A DNA stretch of 63,713 nucleotides, filler included, from Licmophora abbreviata (Eukaryota): the NCBI GenBank assembly GCA_900291995.1. It is 9 parts of 9 records of this genome, joined end to end, with 100 filler letters (N's around TTAATTAATTAA, not from the genome) between each part and the next. Parts side by side here need not be neighbours in the genome. Positions count along the whole stretch, not along the records: positions 1 to 10,086 come from OLMU01000103.1; positions 10,187 to 15,734 come from OLMU01000107.1; 7 more parts are not named here. One strand, 5' to 3'. The first letter of the stretch is position 1; every line of letters starts with the position of its first letter. Under the pieces are notes generated by a model. It saw only the letters and a program-made list of their open reading frames with translations. It had not been told where the DNA came from and did not search any database. Made by a program: the position numbers and the translations under genes. Of the stretch, positions 1 to 10,639 are shown piece after piece.

Positions 1-465
1 ATCTTCTGTTTCCTTGCACTTGTGTCAGCACCCACAATACCAATTAGGATGCTTCAGATGTGCGTGGGCTGTTGGGGAGAGCGTTGTACCGACGATAGAG
101 ACCCTCGTATTGCACGCTCGTCTCATTTGTTTGTTGCATGTCGATGAAAGTTATTGTGTGAGAAAGTGTGAGGCGCGCTCTAAATCGCGCGGAGTGCCTG
201 TCGATCGGGGGCGGTCGTACCAGGTAGATCTTTTTCTAGCGAGACAAGAAAGGCTGGGCATGAAGACATGTGCAACTTGGCAGAGAGTTTGTTGTCGAAA
301 CGGCAAAACGCAAGCAAGCATTGCGCAGCAAGGTTCTAGAGAGCTAAGCGTAGAGTGATATAGCTGGCTCTTTGGGGAAGAGGCAAGCTACTCTTGTACG
401 ACTATTCGGTTGAGTAAACAGTACAAGTTTTAAGATCGTGCTACTTATTATCAGCAAAGCCATCT

Positions 466-1149
466 TTAAGATCTGCTACTTGAGTCTCCTCCCTGCTTGT
501 TCGTATGGTACTGCTTCCGAATCGGTTTGACAATGACTTCTAGAGGTGCGATCTCTCGCTCCGGAAGCAGCCCGAATTCGGTACAAAAGTACATGAAGTG
601 TTTGAAGCAGGTATTAAGCGCCGCTGCCATATCGAGAGCCTCGAGGGTTCCAAAGAAGCTGGAGTAGATGATACCATAGACTCGAAAGAGACGTCGAAAG
701 ATCTGTCCACACAGAGCTGCAAACTGCGGCGTCTGAAAAACCTTGAGCGCTTCCGCTTCGTCATCGTCATCCGGGAATTTCGATTCATCGTTCATCTGTT
801 CCGCAATCCAGTTGAGGACTTTTTCAATGTACACAGGTGCCGATACAGACTCGGCCTCGCCTCCATCCGACCAGCGATACTCGACTCCCGATGGAAACCC
901 CTCTCCAGGACGGAAGGAGTTCAAGTATGGGTCGGTGGCCATGACAGCCCAGATGGTGCAGACGTCATTGTAAAAGTCAATCGCATGCACAGCCACCCAC
1001 CCGGCACAAGACTCCCCTGGTGGCAATGCCACAGCTTGGTTGAGACTGCCCCCGGCACCGAGCGTGCGCTTCGTGTACTCATGGAGGCGATCTCGCATCG
1101 TGCCCGAGCGGTGTTGCAGCGGCTTGAATGTTCCTGAGGAGCTGGGCAT
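466..1149 (-). CDS. MOB1: MOB1/phocein family kinase activator
   Basis: Motifs AVALPPGE..WVAVHAIDFYN, SAPVYIEKVLNW, IFRRLFRVY, LNTCFKHF..F..EFGL match the Mob1 family; intronless 227-aa ORF. Confidence 0.93.
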   Translation of the reverse strand: MPSSSGTFKPLQHRSGTMRDRLHEYTKRTLGAGGSLNQAVALPPGESCAGWVAVHAIDFYNDVCTIWAVMATDPYLNSFRPGEGFPSGVEYRWSDGGEAESVSAPVYIEKVLNWIAEQMNDESKFPDDDDEAEALKVFQTPQFAALCGQIFRRLFRVYGIIYSSFFGTLEALDMAAALNTCFKHFMYFCTEFGLLPEREIAPLEVIVKPIRKQYHTNKQGGDSSSRS

Positions 1150-1651
1150 GGTTCTTACTAGTCACTGTAGCAAAGTAAGACGAACAGAGGGGTGGTGTCG
1201 TCTCTCTGGTGGTTGCGCACTCCCCTCTCGTCTCCGGATTGAATGAATCTTGCCAATTGCGCTTTTGTGGTCGTATACCTCATGGTTTGCAGGGCGTCGC
1301 GTCATTCGTCATCCGCGCCGGGTCGGGCTCTCACCAAAGTTGCCGGCCCAGACGAACAAGTTCAGAGTACAACATTACGTAGGTTTCTACGACGTGTTCA
1401 ACAATCGAATCTGAGAGATTTCTGTACAAGACACACTGTCTGTGCGATCGATGTGGGTGGAGGTTTCGTCCATTTTCAAAAAGCACCGTAGTCATTGTCT
1501 GTGCCTCGAGACGGCCGCGCCGCTTTTGGGGTGCCTTTTGTCTTTCATCGTCTTGGGCGTCATCATCGTATGTATTGTACAGGTAGTCGACCTTAAGTTG
1601 TTGCATCACTGGGCATTTCTCTTGGGCTAGTATTGCTAGTATCCTTTCGTC

Positions 1652-4303
1652 ATGTCTGTTTTACAGAAAGACAGTGGTAGTATCGAACAGCGACTACAAG
1701 TCGTCAAAGATGCGATTCGGAAAGCGACGGCCGAATCCATGAAGACGGCATCGACGGCAGATCCCCTCGTCGTGCCACAGCAGCCTACCGCCGCGACTGC
1801 GAATTCCAAAGGACAGGCCTCCACTGTTGAAGAAAATAAAGATCCGAATGCATCGTCGAAGGCATCGTTTAATCTTGGAATGACCTTGTTCGGGCAAGAG
1901 ATTCATGTCGTGGAACGCCAAATTCGGGAAAAGCTGGATGGTGTCGAAAAGGAACTCAAAGACGTGATGGTTACGGTGCAACAGCAGCAATCCATGATTC
2001 CGGAAGAAGAAGATGACGAAGAGGCGACTGAGGAAGTCAGTAATGGTGTGACAGGTCAGCAGCATCAGTCCGCAGAGTCGCTTGAAATTGAAGCGCAAGA
2101 TCTCCACACCAAAGTTCGATTTTTAAAGGAGTGCAGCCTGGCACGGTCGCTACTGGACGAGGCGTCGATTGTCTCGTCCTCCGGTTCTGCCCATGACCCT
2201 GATTGGGTTGAAGCGGCACGTATGTTGGAAAAAGCGCAACAGTCTCTAGAAGAGGCAGAACGCATCGTGACGGCCGAAGAAGAGCGCTCGACCTCAGACG
2301 ACTCTTTGCAGCCGGCGCTTTTGGGAGCCTACCGCATCTTGGACTCGATTCGCCTGCCTATGCGCCGCAAGAGGACCGAGCTGCTGGCGAAGGCCACGGA
2401 TCTTTTGGATTCAAGTATACTTATAACGGAAGACTCCATCACGGTACAGGGGAGTCGCATGGGGTCTCGACCGGACGGCATTCATGCTGCATATGACGTT
2501 TTGGAAGCCCTGTCTCCGGAGGATTACTCGCCGTGGAACAACGCCGTTCGTAGATTTACCGATCGTCTGTCTAAGTTGATCCTACAGCCGCAGCTGGAAG
2601 CACACAAGACTGGAATGGCGCTGACGACTCCTTGGAAGATCCAGGAAATCTCAGATGCCGGCAACAAAGGACTGTCGGGTCGAATTGCCGTAACGTCGTC
2701 CAAGAAGAAAGGCCCGAACTATACGCTCGAGTGGACTCGCGAGACACCCTCTCAGCCTACGTTGCAGGCCGTGGCCGAGGAGGAGGATGACATCGTCTCC
2801 GCTTGGGTTGAGACGCTCGCTTTTGTGAGGCGCGTTTTGCTCTTTGTGGAGGAGCGCGTGCTCCTCCGGCGCGAGAAACTGTGTAAATACGTGGGAAGAC
2901 GTCTGTTCGGGACGCGAGAAGCTCGCGGCGGTCAAACAATCAATCTTGCTGCGCTTGGGATTGAAAGTAATCTCATTGGCGATGAGAGTGGGGCCTTCAT
3001 GAAACCCACGCTACGACTCTTGTCGGAGATTTGTATCCCAACGTATCTTCCTCCCGACGAGCTTGGGCGTCTCAAGGAGCTGTCGCAGAAACTACTTGGT
3101 CCCGTCGCCTCCTTTGAAGAGGCCATGGTGGCCAAGAATTTTCTCTTAGTCATCGAAGGCAATCCTTTACCTCTTTCTGATTTCGCCTCCAGCATGGATC
3201 GAAAGTATGTCGACAAGCGACGCGTCGCGATCCTGAACGAAGCCCGACGACTACTGGTCGACACGGACTACCACAACACACTTGAAGTCGGCGTCGATGT
3301 GCCCGGCGGCAAGGACGAACTGCTTGGAGATGACGATGGCATGGCGGTATTTCAGCTACACAAGAGCTCAATCTCTCACACCGCGTCCAAGCTCATCGAT
3401 TTGTGTCGCCGCTCTATGGATGAAGCTGTTGCCTCTGCCAGCGAAGACCTCTCTTCGCCCTTGACTCTCCTTCCTGCCAATCTGTACCGTGCTGCAAGAG
3501 AAATACTAGATCTCTTTCGCGCCATCATTCCTGCCACCTTGGGAGACGAAATTTCAGGCGTGCCCCGTACTGCCGCTGTCTTGCATAATGATTGCGTCTT
3601 TCTGGCGCATCACTGCTTGACGCTGGGCCTGGAATACAAGGAGAAATTCCCTCCGCCCTCTTCTTCCAGCGACGATCGTAGCAAGGCGCTCCGGCAGACT
3701 TGTATCTTTGTTGACATGGTGCCACCGTTCCGGGAACTTGCTCAGAAATCCATGGGAGGAATGCTCGAGCGCCAACAGGGCCAACTCTGGGAAGTAGTCG
3801 GATCCCGGATCACGCTCCTAGGAGAGTCTCTTCGATCCAACGAGGCTGTCGCCGAATGGACAGAGGCCGAGACGGCGCTCAAGGCTGGGCTTTATCACTT
3901 ACGGCACCTGTCGAGAGCGTGGTTGCCCATCTTATCACGGGAAGTCTACGTGCGATCCATAGCCCATCTCGCCGACGTGATCTTCACCTTGTTGATCGAA
4001 CAAGTGATGAAAGCTACTGCCGTCAGTGTGCCCGCGGGCCAGTTTGTGAGCACACTCTTTGGTGACATCAAGCGCGGCGTCTCGGAGCTTTTAAAGGAAG
4101 ATGTCGACGTTTGTCGATCTTGGGACCGCTTCACAGCCTTCAGTCGATTCATGGACATGTCACTCTCTGACATCAACGTGGGCTTGTCTGAGGGTGTCTT
4201 CCGCAGCGTGACGGCGGCAGAGCTTGCCCGGATGATCACCATTACGTTTGACGAGAGCCACAAGCGCCAGGCTCTATTGCAGCTGCTGGCGGCGGAGAAG
4301 TAA
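1652..4303 (+). CDS. ZW10: Centromere/kinetochore protein ZW10 (RZZ / Dsl1-NRZ tethering subunit)
   Basis: 883-aa helical ORF with VPRTAAVLHNDCVFLAHHCLTLG, FVDMVPPFR, LRHLSRAW..IL and C-terminal ELARMITITFDESHKRQALL, typical of the ZW10 C-terminal domain. Confidence 0.85.
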   Translation: MSVLQKDSGSIEQRLQVVKDAIRKATAESMKTASTADPLVVPQQPTAATANSKGQASTVEENKDPNASSKASFNLGMTLFGQEIHVVERQIREKLDGVEKELKDVMVTVQQQQSMIPEEEDDEEATEEVSNGVTGQQHQSAESLEIEAQDLHTKVRFLKECSLARSLLDEASIVSSSGSAHDPDWVEAARMLEKAQQSLEEAERIVTAEEERSTSDDSLQPALLGAYRILDSIRLPMRRKRTELLAKATDLLDSSILITEDSITVQGSRMGSRPDGIHAAYDVLEALSPEDYSPWNNAVRRFTDRLSKLILQPQLEAHKTGMALTTPWKIQEISDAGNKGLSGRIAVTSSKKKGPNYTLEWTRETPSQPTLQAVAEEEDDIVSAWVETLAFVRRVLLFVEERVLLRREKLCKYVGRRLFGTREARGGQTINLAALGIESNLIGDESGAFMKPTLRLLSEICIPTYLPPDELGRLKELSQKLLGPVASFEEAMVAKNFLLVIEGNPLPLSDFASSMDRKYVDKRRVAILNEARRLLVDTDYHNTLEVGVDVPGGKDELLGDDDGMAVFQLHKSSISHTASKLIDLCRRSMDEAVASASEDLSSPLTLLPANLYRAAREILDLFRAIIPATLGDEISGVPRTAAVLHNDCVFLAHHCLTLGLEYKEKFPPPSSSSDDRSKALRQTCIFVDMVPPFRELAQKSMGGMLERQQGQLWEVVGSRITLLGESLRSNEAVAEWTEAETALKAGLYHLRHLSRAWLPILSREVYVRSIAHLADVIFTLLIEQVMKATAVSVPAGQFVSTLFGDIKRGVSELLKEDVDVCRSWDRFTAFSRFMDMSLSDINVGLSEGVFRSVTAAELARMITITFDESHKRQALLQLLAAEK

Positions 4304-4367
4304 GGAGAACTGGGCTCTTCTAAACGATATTAGTATTTCTACTCTATTATAGCCGGATGAAAAGTTT

Positions 4368-6590
4368 CTACAAGTCCAGTGCCATTGACGCGATGACTCT
4401 CATATTTGTCTCTGGCCCCAATGTCCCCGGACTAAGCAAGCCAACCTTTAGTCGTATTTGCCTTTCGCCGCTCGGTACCTCCACCGAGACTGTTGAACGC
4501 GATCCGTGAGAAGACTTGAGCACACGCAACAATCTCGCAGCGCCGACAAATCCAATGCCGTGTACGCTGCCTCGACACGGTGAGAAGCCCCCCGCAGTTG
4601 TAATTCCCAGAGTGTACTTTTCCGATTGTTCCTCCGGAGGATGGAGACTCACAATGAAACATCCTGGCATCAATCGACCTTTGCCAATTACGGAAAGACG
4701 ACATCGAAGGATGACTGGTAGAGATAAGGCTTGCAACAATGTGGTGCAGGTGCTTCTATGAGCATCCTTGTCGGTATCGTTTAAGGCGACGGTCGGAACT
4801 GCTGTCGCTGTCGCACGTGAGGGCCTCCGACGCCGGCGTCGTCTCTTTCCGTCGGATGTGCCAATCTCGATTCGACCACTGCCCGCCAACACATCAACGA
4901 TCGGTTTCCCAAAGTTGCCTCGCACAACAAGTGTCCTGTCCGGTGAGCTGACGTTCGGGTCTTTCTCTATCAAACATGTCCAATCTATCTTCGGTAAAGG
5001 CGAAGTAGCTTCGAGCCTTCTCGGAATTGTGATTCTCCCAAGCCCTCCCTCGAGATATCTGCGTATCAAGGACCAACCGTTGTTTGTATCACCCCAGTAA
5101 CATATCCCGTCGTGGGTATCAGGGTAGTCACGGGGAAAGACGGGTAACGGAGGATCATTCTCCGTTCGAATCAAAGCTGCTTCGACCAAGCCAATGGCAG
5201 AAGAGTTTCCCGCTTCGGTCAAGGCGACATACCCCTCACGGGCAATCGATCGAGAGCAGAATATGTCCCATCCACACGTTCCATGGTTAATTGGTAAATC
5301 AGGATCACGGGGGGAACGCGACACAAGTAAAATGCTGTTGTTCGTGATAGAATAGTTCCAAGCGGCTGTACCAGTTATTCCTTCCCGTGAGACACGTTCT
5401 TGGAACGCTTCAATGTAACCCATCGCAAGAGAGTCTGATTTGCTGCACTCACGGGACGCATGCTTGGCGAGCGATGGTAAGTCCACATCAACGGGAATAC
5501 AACTAAGGTGAGAAAGCGAAGAATGTAGGTCTTGCAAAGATGCAACTTTGTTGAAATCCCAAGCGAGGCCACTGTCTTCGTCCTTTTCGCCAGATTGCAA
5601 AAGTGCGGAATGCGTTTCAGCAACAAGAGGTCGAAGCGCACGAGCTAGCGATTGCGTAGCATTCGCACCGCGTAGCTGAAAACAAGCCACCCCATGGATA
5701 AGTTTACTCGGGCCGACAAGACCTGGCGTTTGGTCAGCTAGAGCACGAAGCACACCTTCGACCACGGTCATCATTGCAGCGTGGACGAACAAGTGGGCAA
5801 ACCAGCCACCATTACGGGACGGACAAGACTCATCGAGTGAATTTCGATTGATCCACCAAGTCACTTCTCCTATCGCCCCATTTGGAAAGGCGTCCACTTC
5901 ATGTATCATGCCTTCGCCCATGGAATTGCTGCTCAGAATTGCCCCGGCTTTGTCCTGAGGGAGAAACATCGGACAGATTCGTTGAATCGACTCGCAAAGA
6001 GTTTTAAGATTTTTCGACTGAACAAGAAGCGGCTGCATGCACCATGTCACATCCTGAAGCAACGTATGACCCTCTCTAACTAGCCGTAAGGCTGCCCCCG
6101 CACCTCGATTGTTGTGAGCCAACGGTACTCTCCAGCCAAACAAGTTGTCGTGCATATGAAATCTCTTGGCATGCCACAGATGAGTCGCCATCCACATGAC
6201 GGCTTTGTCATTTTGCCATATTTCATGTTGCCGACGTAACAAGGCAGTCTTCCGTCTCGCCCGGCGTGTAGAGCTCTTATCGCCGGTCGAAACAACATGT
6301 GTGGGTTGGGGTGTCGGAAAGCGGTGTCGCCTGCGAGGACGATGGCTCGTCGTTCGTCTTCGCAACTGCCGCGAAGAAGTCTTCCCACCGCCACTCTTGT
6401 ATTCTTCAATTGAAAACGAAAACTTGGGCGTATTGTTATTTTTTCGCTCTACTCTTTTCCATAGCGCCTTGATTTCGGGCAAACGTCGAGCGCCAAAGGT
6501 AGTGGCCGATACCGAGGCGGACGAATCTAGAAATGCGGGTAGATCTTTCCAGCTTGGACGCGCCCGCTTCTTAGTTTCGCTGCCACTCAT
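4368..6590 (-). CDS. POP1: RNase P/MRP protein subunit POP1
   Basis: RRLPEI, LRRRTTSH, ATHLWHAKRFHM (POP1 N domain), GWDI and FPRDYPDT (POPLD), G..TAGGFS..RG...GIG. Confidence 0.9.
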   Translation of the reverse strand: MSGSETKKRARPSWKDLPAFLDSSASVSATTFGARRLPEIKALWKRVERKNNNTPKFSFSIEEYKSGGGKTSSRQLRRRTTSHRPRRRHRFPTPQPTHVVSTGDKSSTRRARRKTALLRRQHEIWQNDKAVMWMATHLWHAKRFHMHDNLFGWRVPLAHNNRGAGAALRLVREGHTLLQDVTWCMQPLLVQSKNLKTLCESIQRICPMFLPQDKAGAILSSNSMGEGMIHEVDAFPNGAIGEVTWWINRNSLDESCPSRNGGWFAHLFVHAAMMTVVEGVLRALADQTPGLVGPSKLIHGVACFQLRGANATQSLARALRPLVAETHSALLQSGEKDEDSGLAWDFNKVASLQDLHSSLSHLSCIPVDVDLPSLAKHASRECSKSDSLAMGYIEAFQERVSREGITGTAAWNYSITNNSILLVSRSPRDPDLPINHGTCGWDIFCSRSIAREGYVALTEAGNSSAIGLVEAALIRTENDPPLPVFPRDYPDTHDGICYWGDTNNGWSLIRRYLEGGLGRITIPRRLEATSPLPKIDWTCLIEKDPNVSSPDRTLVVRGNFGKPIVDVLAGSGRIEIGTSDGKRRRRRRRPSRATATAVPTVALNDTDKDAHRSTCTTLLQALSLPVILRCRLSVIGKGRLMPGCFIVSLHPPEEQSEKYTLGITTAGGFSPCRGSVHGIGFVGAARLLRVLKSSHGSRSTVSVEVPSGERQIRLKVGLLSPGTLGPETNMRVIASMALDL

Positions 6591-6759
6591 GCCGTCTTAT
6601 CAATAGACCAATGGAGAGGGCGTAACATTGTGCTAATAGCGAGTCATTCTTCACTTGTGACGAGATGTTTTCCGGCCGACGAGATGCTTCCCTTCGCGTC
6701 TTTCGGCGTCATTGTCAATTTTAGGATGAGTTCTTCCGACACACACAGATCGAATGCAG

Positions 6760-6774
6760 ATTGGCGCGCCAAAT
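6760..6774. promoter_or_regulatory. Palindromic E2F-like element TTGGCGCGCCAA in the POP1/PUS10 divergent promoter
   Basis: Perfect 12-bp palindrome; the minus strand contains TTTGGCGC (E2F consensus TTTSSCGC); lies mid-way in the ~310-bp head-to-head spacer. Confidence 0.35.
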
Positions 6775-6898
6775 ATTGGGTGGCCAGGATGGCTCCAAAC
6801 TTCGAAAACTTCCGCCGCAACAACCAACAACACAAAAGCCACTGCGTACACACAACCATGGCAGCCTCTCACCCACTGTGACGACTCTCTTCTTTTTC

Positions 6899-8521
6899 AT
6901 GGTAACTACAACAGAGCTAGAAACTCTGGACAAGGCAATATGCGCCCAGTGTCGAGAGTACCTCGGAAATGATGCGTCCGAGCTCATATCGCATTCGTCT
7001 TGCTCGGTGTGTCTGGACCTGTGGGGCGCAGAGGCGACGGTCGGTCTAGGACACGCCATTCAGGAGGCATGCAAGCCATACGGGGGCGTCCGTGGAAATC
7101 GTTTTAGCCGAGATCAGTCGCCAACCGTGGCACTGCCGGGAGAGATTGCTCTGAGATACCACCTTGCCTCCCACGGACAGCGAGCCGCAGCACAACCTAC
7201 GGTGTATATTCGAGAGCTAAAGGAACACCTCAAGAATGCCATTTTGCGGCGCTTGGAAAAGGACGAGCTCAAGACAACAGGAGAATATCCCTGTTTTGTC
7301 GATACGGAAGAGCAGGGGTACCTTTCTATCCATGTGATGATCACTGCTGAAGAAGCGGCCCGACCTGGCAGCTTCTTGCCGGCTCGGAACAACAAACGAG
7401 TCCGAAAACGATTTCGAGGGAACGATCCGACCGAAAAGCAGGGAGGAGATCCGAGGACGAACTTACAGAATCGAGTGCAGAACGAAGTGAAAGATTTTTG
7501 GTCAGTAACGGATATGCAGGGTGTCCTAGACCAAGAAGTTTCACCTGAAAGAATAAGGGACTGGCTCGAGTGGTACGGTAGCTCTTCGGATGGTGCTGTT
7601 TCCACACAATCGCCTGTCTCATACCACGTTGCGGTGTGGCGACGGCCGTTCTTTGTCCATGGTTTGTATACGAAATCGCGACGTGACGTTTCGCAAACAC
7701 CGTTCTATGTACCGACTGAAGCAAACACATCTGTCATGAAACGAATGGGAGTTTCGAGCGTCGAAGAGCAGATTGCCCCCGTGCTGTCGAAGCTGGCGTG
7801 CGGTGGAATATCGGTGCTAAACAATGATCCCTCTGCTACTGATGTCGTATATGGTATGGTCAAGTTTCATGCCTCGGGCAGGGAAGACATGAACGTACGC
7901 ATGCTGCTCCCGCCGGGCACAGCAACGGGGGCGGGTGGTCGTCCGTTCGTTTGTCAAGTCGTCGACGCCCTACGAATGCCTACGATAGACAATCTTCAAT
8001 CGGTGCAACGTGCTATAAATCACACCTCCGATGACTGTCGCCCTGCGGCAGTGAGCGATGAGGACTTGTCAGGTCGTGTGTACGGCCGCAATCCGAAGGG
8101 AGTCGGGATAGACCGCTGCTCTTTTGCTCCCGCGAGCTCCTTCAAGAATCTACAGGCCGAAACAGAGGAGAAAGTCAAGTACTATGGCTGTCTCTGCTGG
8201 AACCAAGATGCAATAACCTCGCAGGAAGAGTTGTCATCTCGTTTAGGAGGGTCTTTTTGTCCGATCGAACTCCAACAAAGAACTCCAATCCGTGTGCTGC
8301 ACCGAAGATCAAACGCCGCACGGATTCGTCATGTACTGTCGCTCGAGGCAACTCGAATCGATAATCACTACTTTCGGCTCAATCTCAGTACGGACGCTGG
8401 CACCTACGTGAAAGAGTTTGTGCACGGAGACTTGGGCCGGACAGCACCGAGCGTATCTTCTCTACTTGGATGCAAGACTGACATTTTAGAATTGGACTGC
8501 GAAGGCATTCAAGGTGTATGA
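6899..8521 (+). CDS. PUS10: tRNA pseudouridine synthase Pus10
   Basis: N-terminal CxxC...CxxC, GLYTKSRRDVSQTP, FHASGRED (catalytic Asp), QRTPIRVLHRR, AGTYVKEFVHGDLGRT; first ATG at 6899. Confidence 0.93.
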   Translation: MVTTTELETLDKAICAQCREYLGNDASELISHSSCSVCLDLWGAEATVGLGHAIQEACKPYGGVRGNRFSRDQSPTVALPGEIALRYHLASHGQRAAAQPTVYIRELKEHLKNAILRRLEKDELKTTGEYPCFVDTEEQGYLSIHVMITAEEAARPGSFLPARNNKRVRKRFRGNDPTEKQGGDPRTNLQNRVQNEVKDFWSVTDMQGVLDQEVSPERIRDWLEWYGSSSDGAVSTQSPVSYHVAVWRRPFFVHGLYTKSRRDVSQTPFYVPTEANTSVMKRMGVSSVEEQIAPVLSKLACGGISVLNNDPSATDVVYGMVKFHASGREDMNVRMLLPPGTATGAGGRPFVCQVVDALRMPTIDNLQSVQRAINHTSDDCRPAAVSDEDLSGRVYGRNPKGVGIDRCSFAPASSFKNLQAETEEKVKYYGCLCWNQDAITSQEELSSRLGGSFCPIELQQRTPIRVLHRRSNAARIRHVLSLEATRIDNHYFRLNLSTDAGTYVKEFVHGDLGRTAPSVSSLLGCKTDILELDCEGIQGV

Positions 8522-8852
8522 CGAAGTAAGCGTACTGCGTATAGCTAGTGCTCCTATAACGTAAGTTGTGTCGGACAGATGGAACGCGTCGCTGGGCATT
8601 CGTGTCGATACAACTTTCAATCTTGCGGAACAGCTGGCACGTGGATTATGATTGGCCCTCCATGGCGGGCACGGTACACAATGCGCCTCTTTGACCATCC
8701 GCGAAGCATGCCGACCGCATGCTCAAGCACCAATGACCATGAGACAGCAAAGTTCCAAGGCAGTAGAGTAGTAATTAAACAGCAGTCTAGTAGTAAAATT
8801 TAGCGCAAATGCCACAAAGCAAAAGTAAGTCTACATATGAAGCGTTGGTCCT

Positions 8853-9626
8853 TCAGTGAAAGTACTTGGACCATCCGTCGGCTGCCCAGGCTTCCTGGGA
8901 GTTCTTGAATTCCATCACTGTCACGTGCGAAGAGAAAGACACGGCCGAGCTTGATCGCGTCCTTCTTTGCCTGGATCGGAGACAGGAGGGGGGTCCATTG
9001 CCCTCAAGGTCCGACGCAGAGGATGTCTTGCGGTAGTCAAGTACCGGGAGTTGTGCTCGTAGAGAGGACATGCTTTGGCTAATGTATTGAGAATTACCAA
9101 AGATGCTGCGTCGCTTCAGCGGCGAGTCGACAGGACACGTCTTTGCAGAAGGAATCCCCTCGTTCCTTCGTAGTGATCGTTCGTAGCTAATGCACGAGGG
9201 AGCATCGCTCTCATCGTCATCTCTAGGGTTTTCTCCATGCACAGAAAGCGGGATTCTCTCTCCCACTTTCTGCCCCGGAGAAGGCGAAGAGTGCAAAAGT
9301 AATCTGCTGGACGAAACAGACTTGTTCCAGTAGCACTGGAAGATGGATCTTGGCGACACGGTGAGTTCGGACAAACTGTCGTTGTCGTCTTCGCCGACGG
9401 AAGATAACGACGACATAGTCTCGTCGTCCGTCGACATTGTCAGGAAATCAGGGCACTCTTTTCCATGTGAGGGGGCGACGGAAGGAGTCTGGGGTTCTTC
9501 TTGAGAGCTTGCAAAGGCCATGGCGTTAGGATCATGCTGGTCGCAACATTCGGAAAATAACTTTCGCGGTGCAATGCCGGCTTCAGTTCTCGTTGTGACG
9601 GCAATCATTTTGTAGCTTGATCTCAC
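8853..9626 (-). CDS. Hypothetical Ser-rich protein
   Basis: 257-aa low-complexity ORF ending in VSFSSHVTVMEF...WAADGWSKYF; start codon uncertain. Confidence 0.6.
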   Translation of the reverse strand: MRSSYKMIAVTTRTEAGIAPRKLFSECCDQHDPNAMAFASSQEEPQTPSVAPSHGKECPDFLTMSTDDETMSSLSSVGEDDNDSLSELTVSPRSIFQCYWNKSVSSSRLLLHSSPSPGQKVGERIPLSVHGENPRDDDESDAPSCISYERSLRRNEGIPSAKTCPVDSPLKRRSIFGNSQYISQSMSSLRAQLPVLDYRKTSSASDLEGNGPPSCLRSRQRRTRSSSAVSFSSHVTVMEFKNSQEAWAADGWSKYFH

Positions 9627-10086
9627 CGGTTATTACTGAGGTACACTTCAGTGCAGGAAGTAAAGAGCTGAGAGGGACGACGTAACGATCGTTTGCTCAA
9701 AGCCAAAGCACCTCAGGCCTCACAGCGAGACAGTGATGACTAAGTGTCGACTGGGTATCTCGTTGTGAGAATGGTCGTATATCTTGTTGCGTAGAGTTCT
9801 ACGAGTTTTGTACTGCCGCCAAAATGCCTAATTCGTAGTAATTCGAGGAAACAAGCCGCTGACATCGCCCTTCGCAATTTGGTCTGTTGAAGCTTTGGAC
9901 CAATCAGGAACGAGGTCAGTTGAAGTGCGACAGCCTTAGCTGTCTTTTTTGAGGAATACAAGAGGCCCAATCACCAAATGAAAAGAATCTCAGAGAACAT
10001 ATCGTATACGACATCTGCGACATATTTGGCATTCTTGCAAGAGGAGAAATAATGTCACTTTCCTGTGAAGATGCAACTCCGAGAGA

Positions 10087-10186
10087 NNNNNNNNNNNNNN
10101 NNNNNNNNNNNNNNNNNNNNNNNNNNNNNNTTAATTAATTAANNNNNNNNNNNNNNNNNNNNNNNNNNNNNNNNNNNNNNNNNNNN
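10087..10186. other. Scaffold gap with artificial TTAATTAATTAA six-frame-stop spacer (same at 15735-15834, 27755-27854, 37234-37333, 40374-40473, 44417-44516, 58768-58867, 62200-62299)
   Basis: Identical N44-TTAATTAATTAA-N44 blocks, 100 nt each. Confidence 0.98.
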
Positions 10187-10218
10187 ATGTAGTGATGTTT
10201 TGTTTCAGAAGACCGGAT

Positions 10219-10481
10219 GTCAACGTACAGTGAACGAGAAGCCGAAAACAAAGCGGCGGAAAAAATGTTCCGAAAGGCCTCTAGTGTCAACCGTCAATAT
10301 GGCGACGACACCGATGAGAGCCCGCGGTACCAATGCTTTTCCACAAGGCCTGACGTCAACATACAGTGAACGAGAAGCCGCAAAATTGTCCGAAAGTGAA
10401 AGGCCTAGTGTCAGCTGTCAACACAGACAGGACACCGACGAGAACGCGCCGAACCAAAAAGTGACGAGAAGCCTGAAAATT
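10219..10481. repeat. Imperfect direct repeat, ~136-bp period
   Basis: GTCAAC(G/A)TACAGTGAACGAGAAGCCG at 10219 and 10355, each followed by GAAAGGCCT..AGTGTCA..GTCAA..GACACCGA.GAGA; partial third copy GTGACGAGAAGCC at 10461. Confidence 0.75.
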
Positions 10482-10639
10482 ATCTTGTCGTCGATCGGAC
10501 GTTCTTCGGACATAATAGTCCGGTTCGCTTTCTGAGAGCAGTGTTTACGTGCGCGAATATTTCGGTCGCCGCGACAATACACTCTTCACAGGACCACTGA
10601 TGCCCCACAACAAGTTGCACAACTCGACTGGTAGTCTAG

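Noticed and set aside
1451..1630. Hydrophobic 59-aa ORF just upstream of ZW10
   Set aside because: Falls in T-rich promoter/5' UTR sequence that yields hydrophobic codons by chance; no family motif
7876..7899. PUS10 GREDMNVR instead of GREDxDxR, suggesting an inactive enzyme
   Set aside because: The catalytic Asp of GRED is retained; only the second Asp differs
10131..10142. TTAATTAATTAA recurring eight times as a dispersed repeat
   Set aside because: Always centred in identical N-runs; an artificial six-frame-stop spacer
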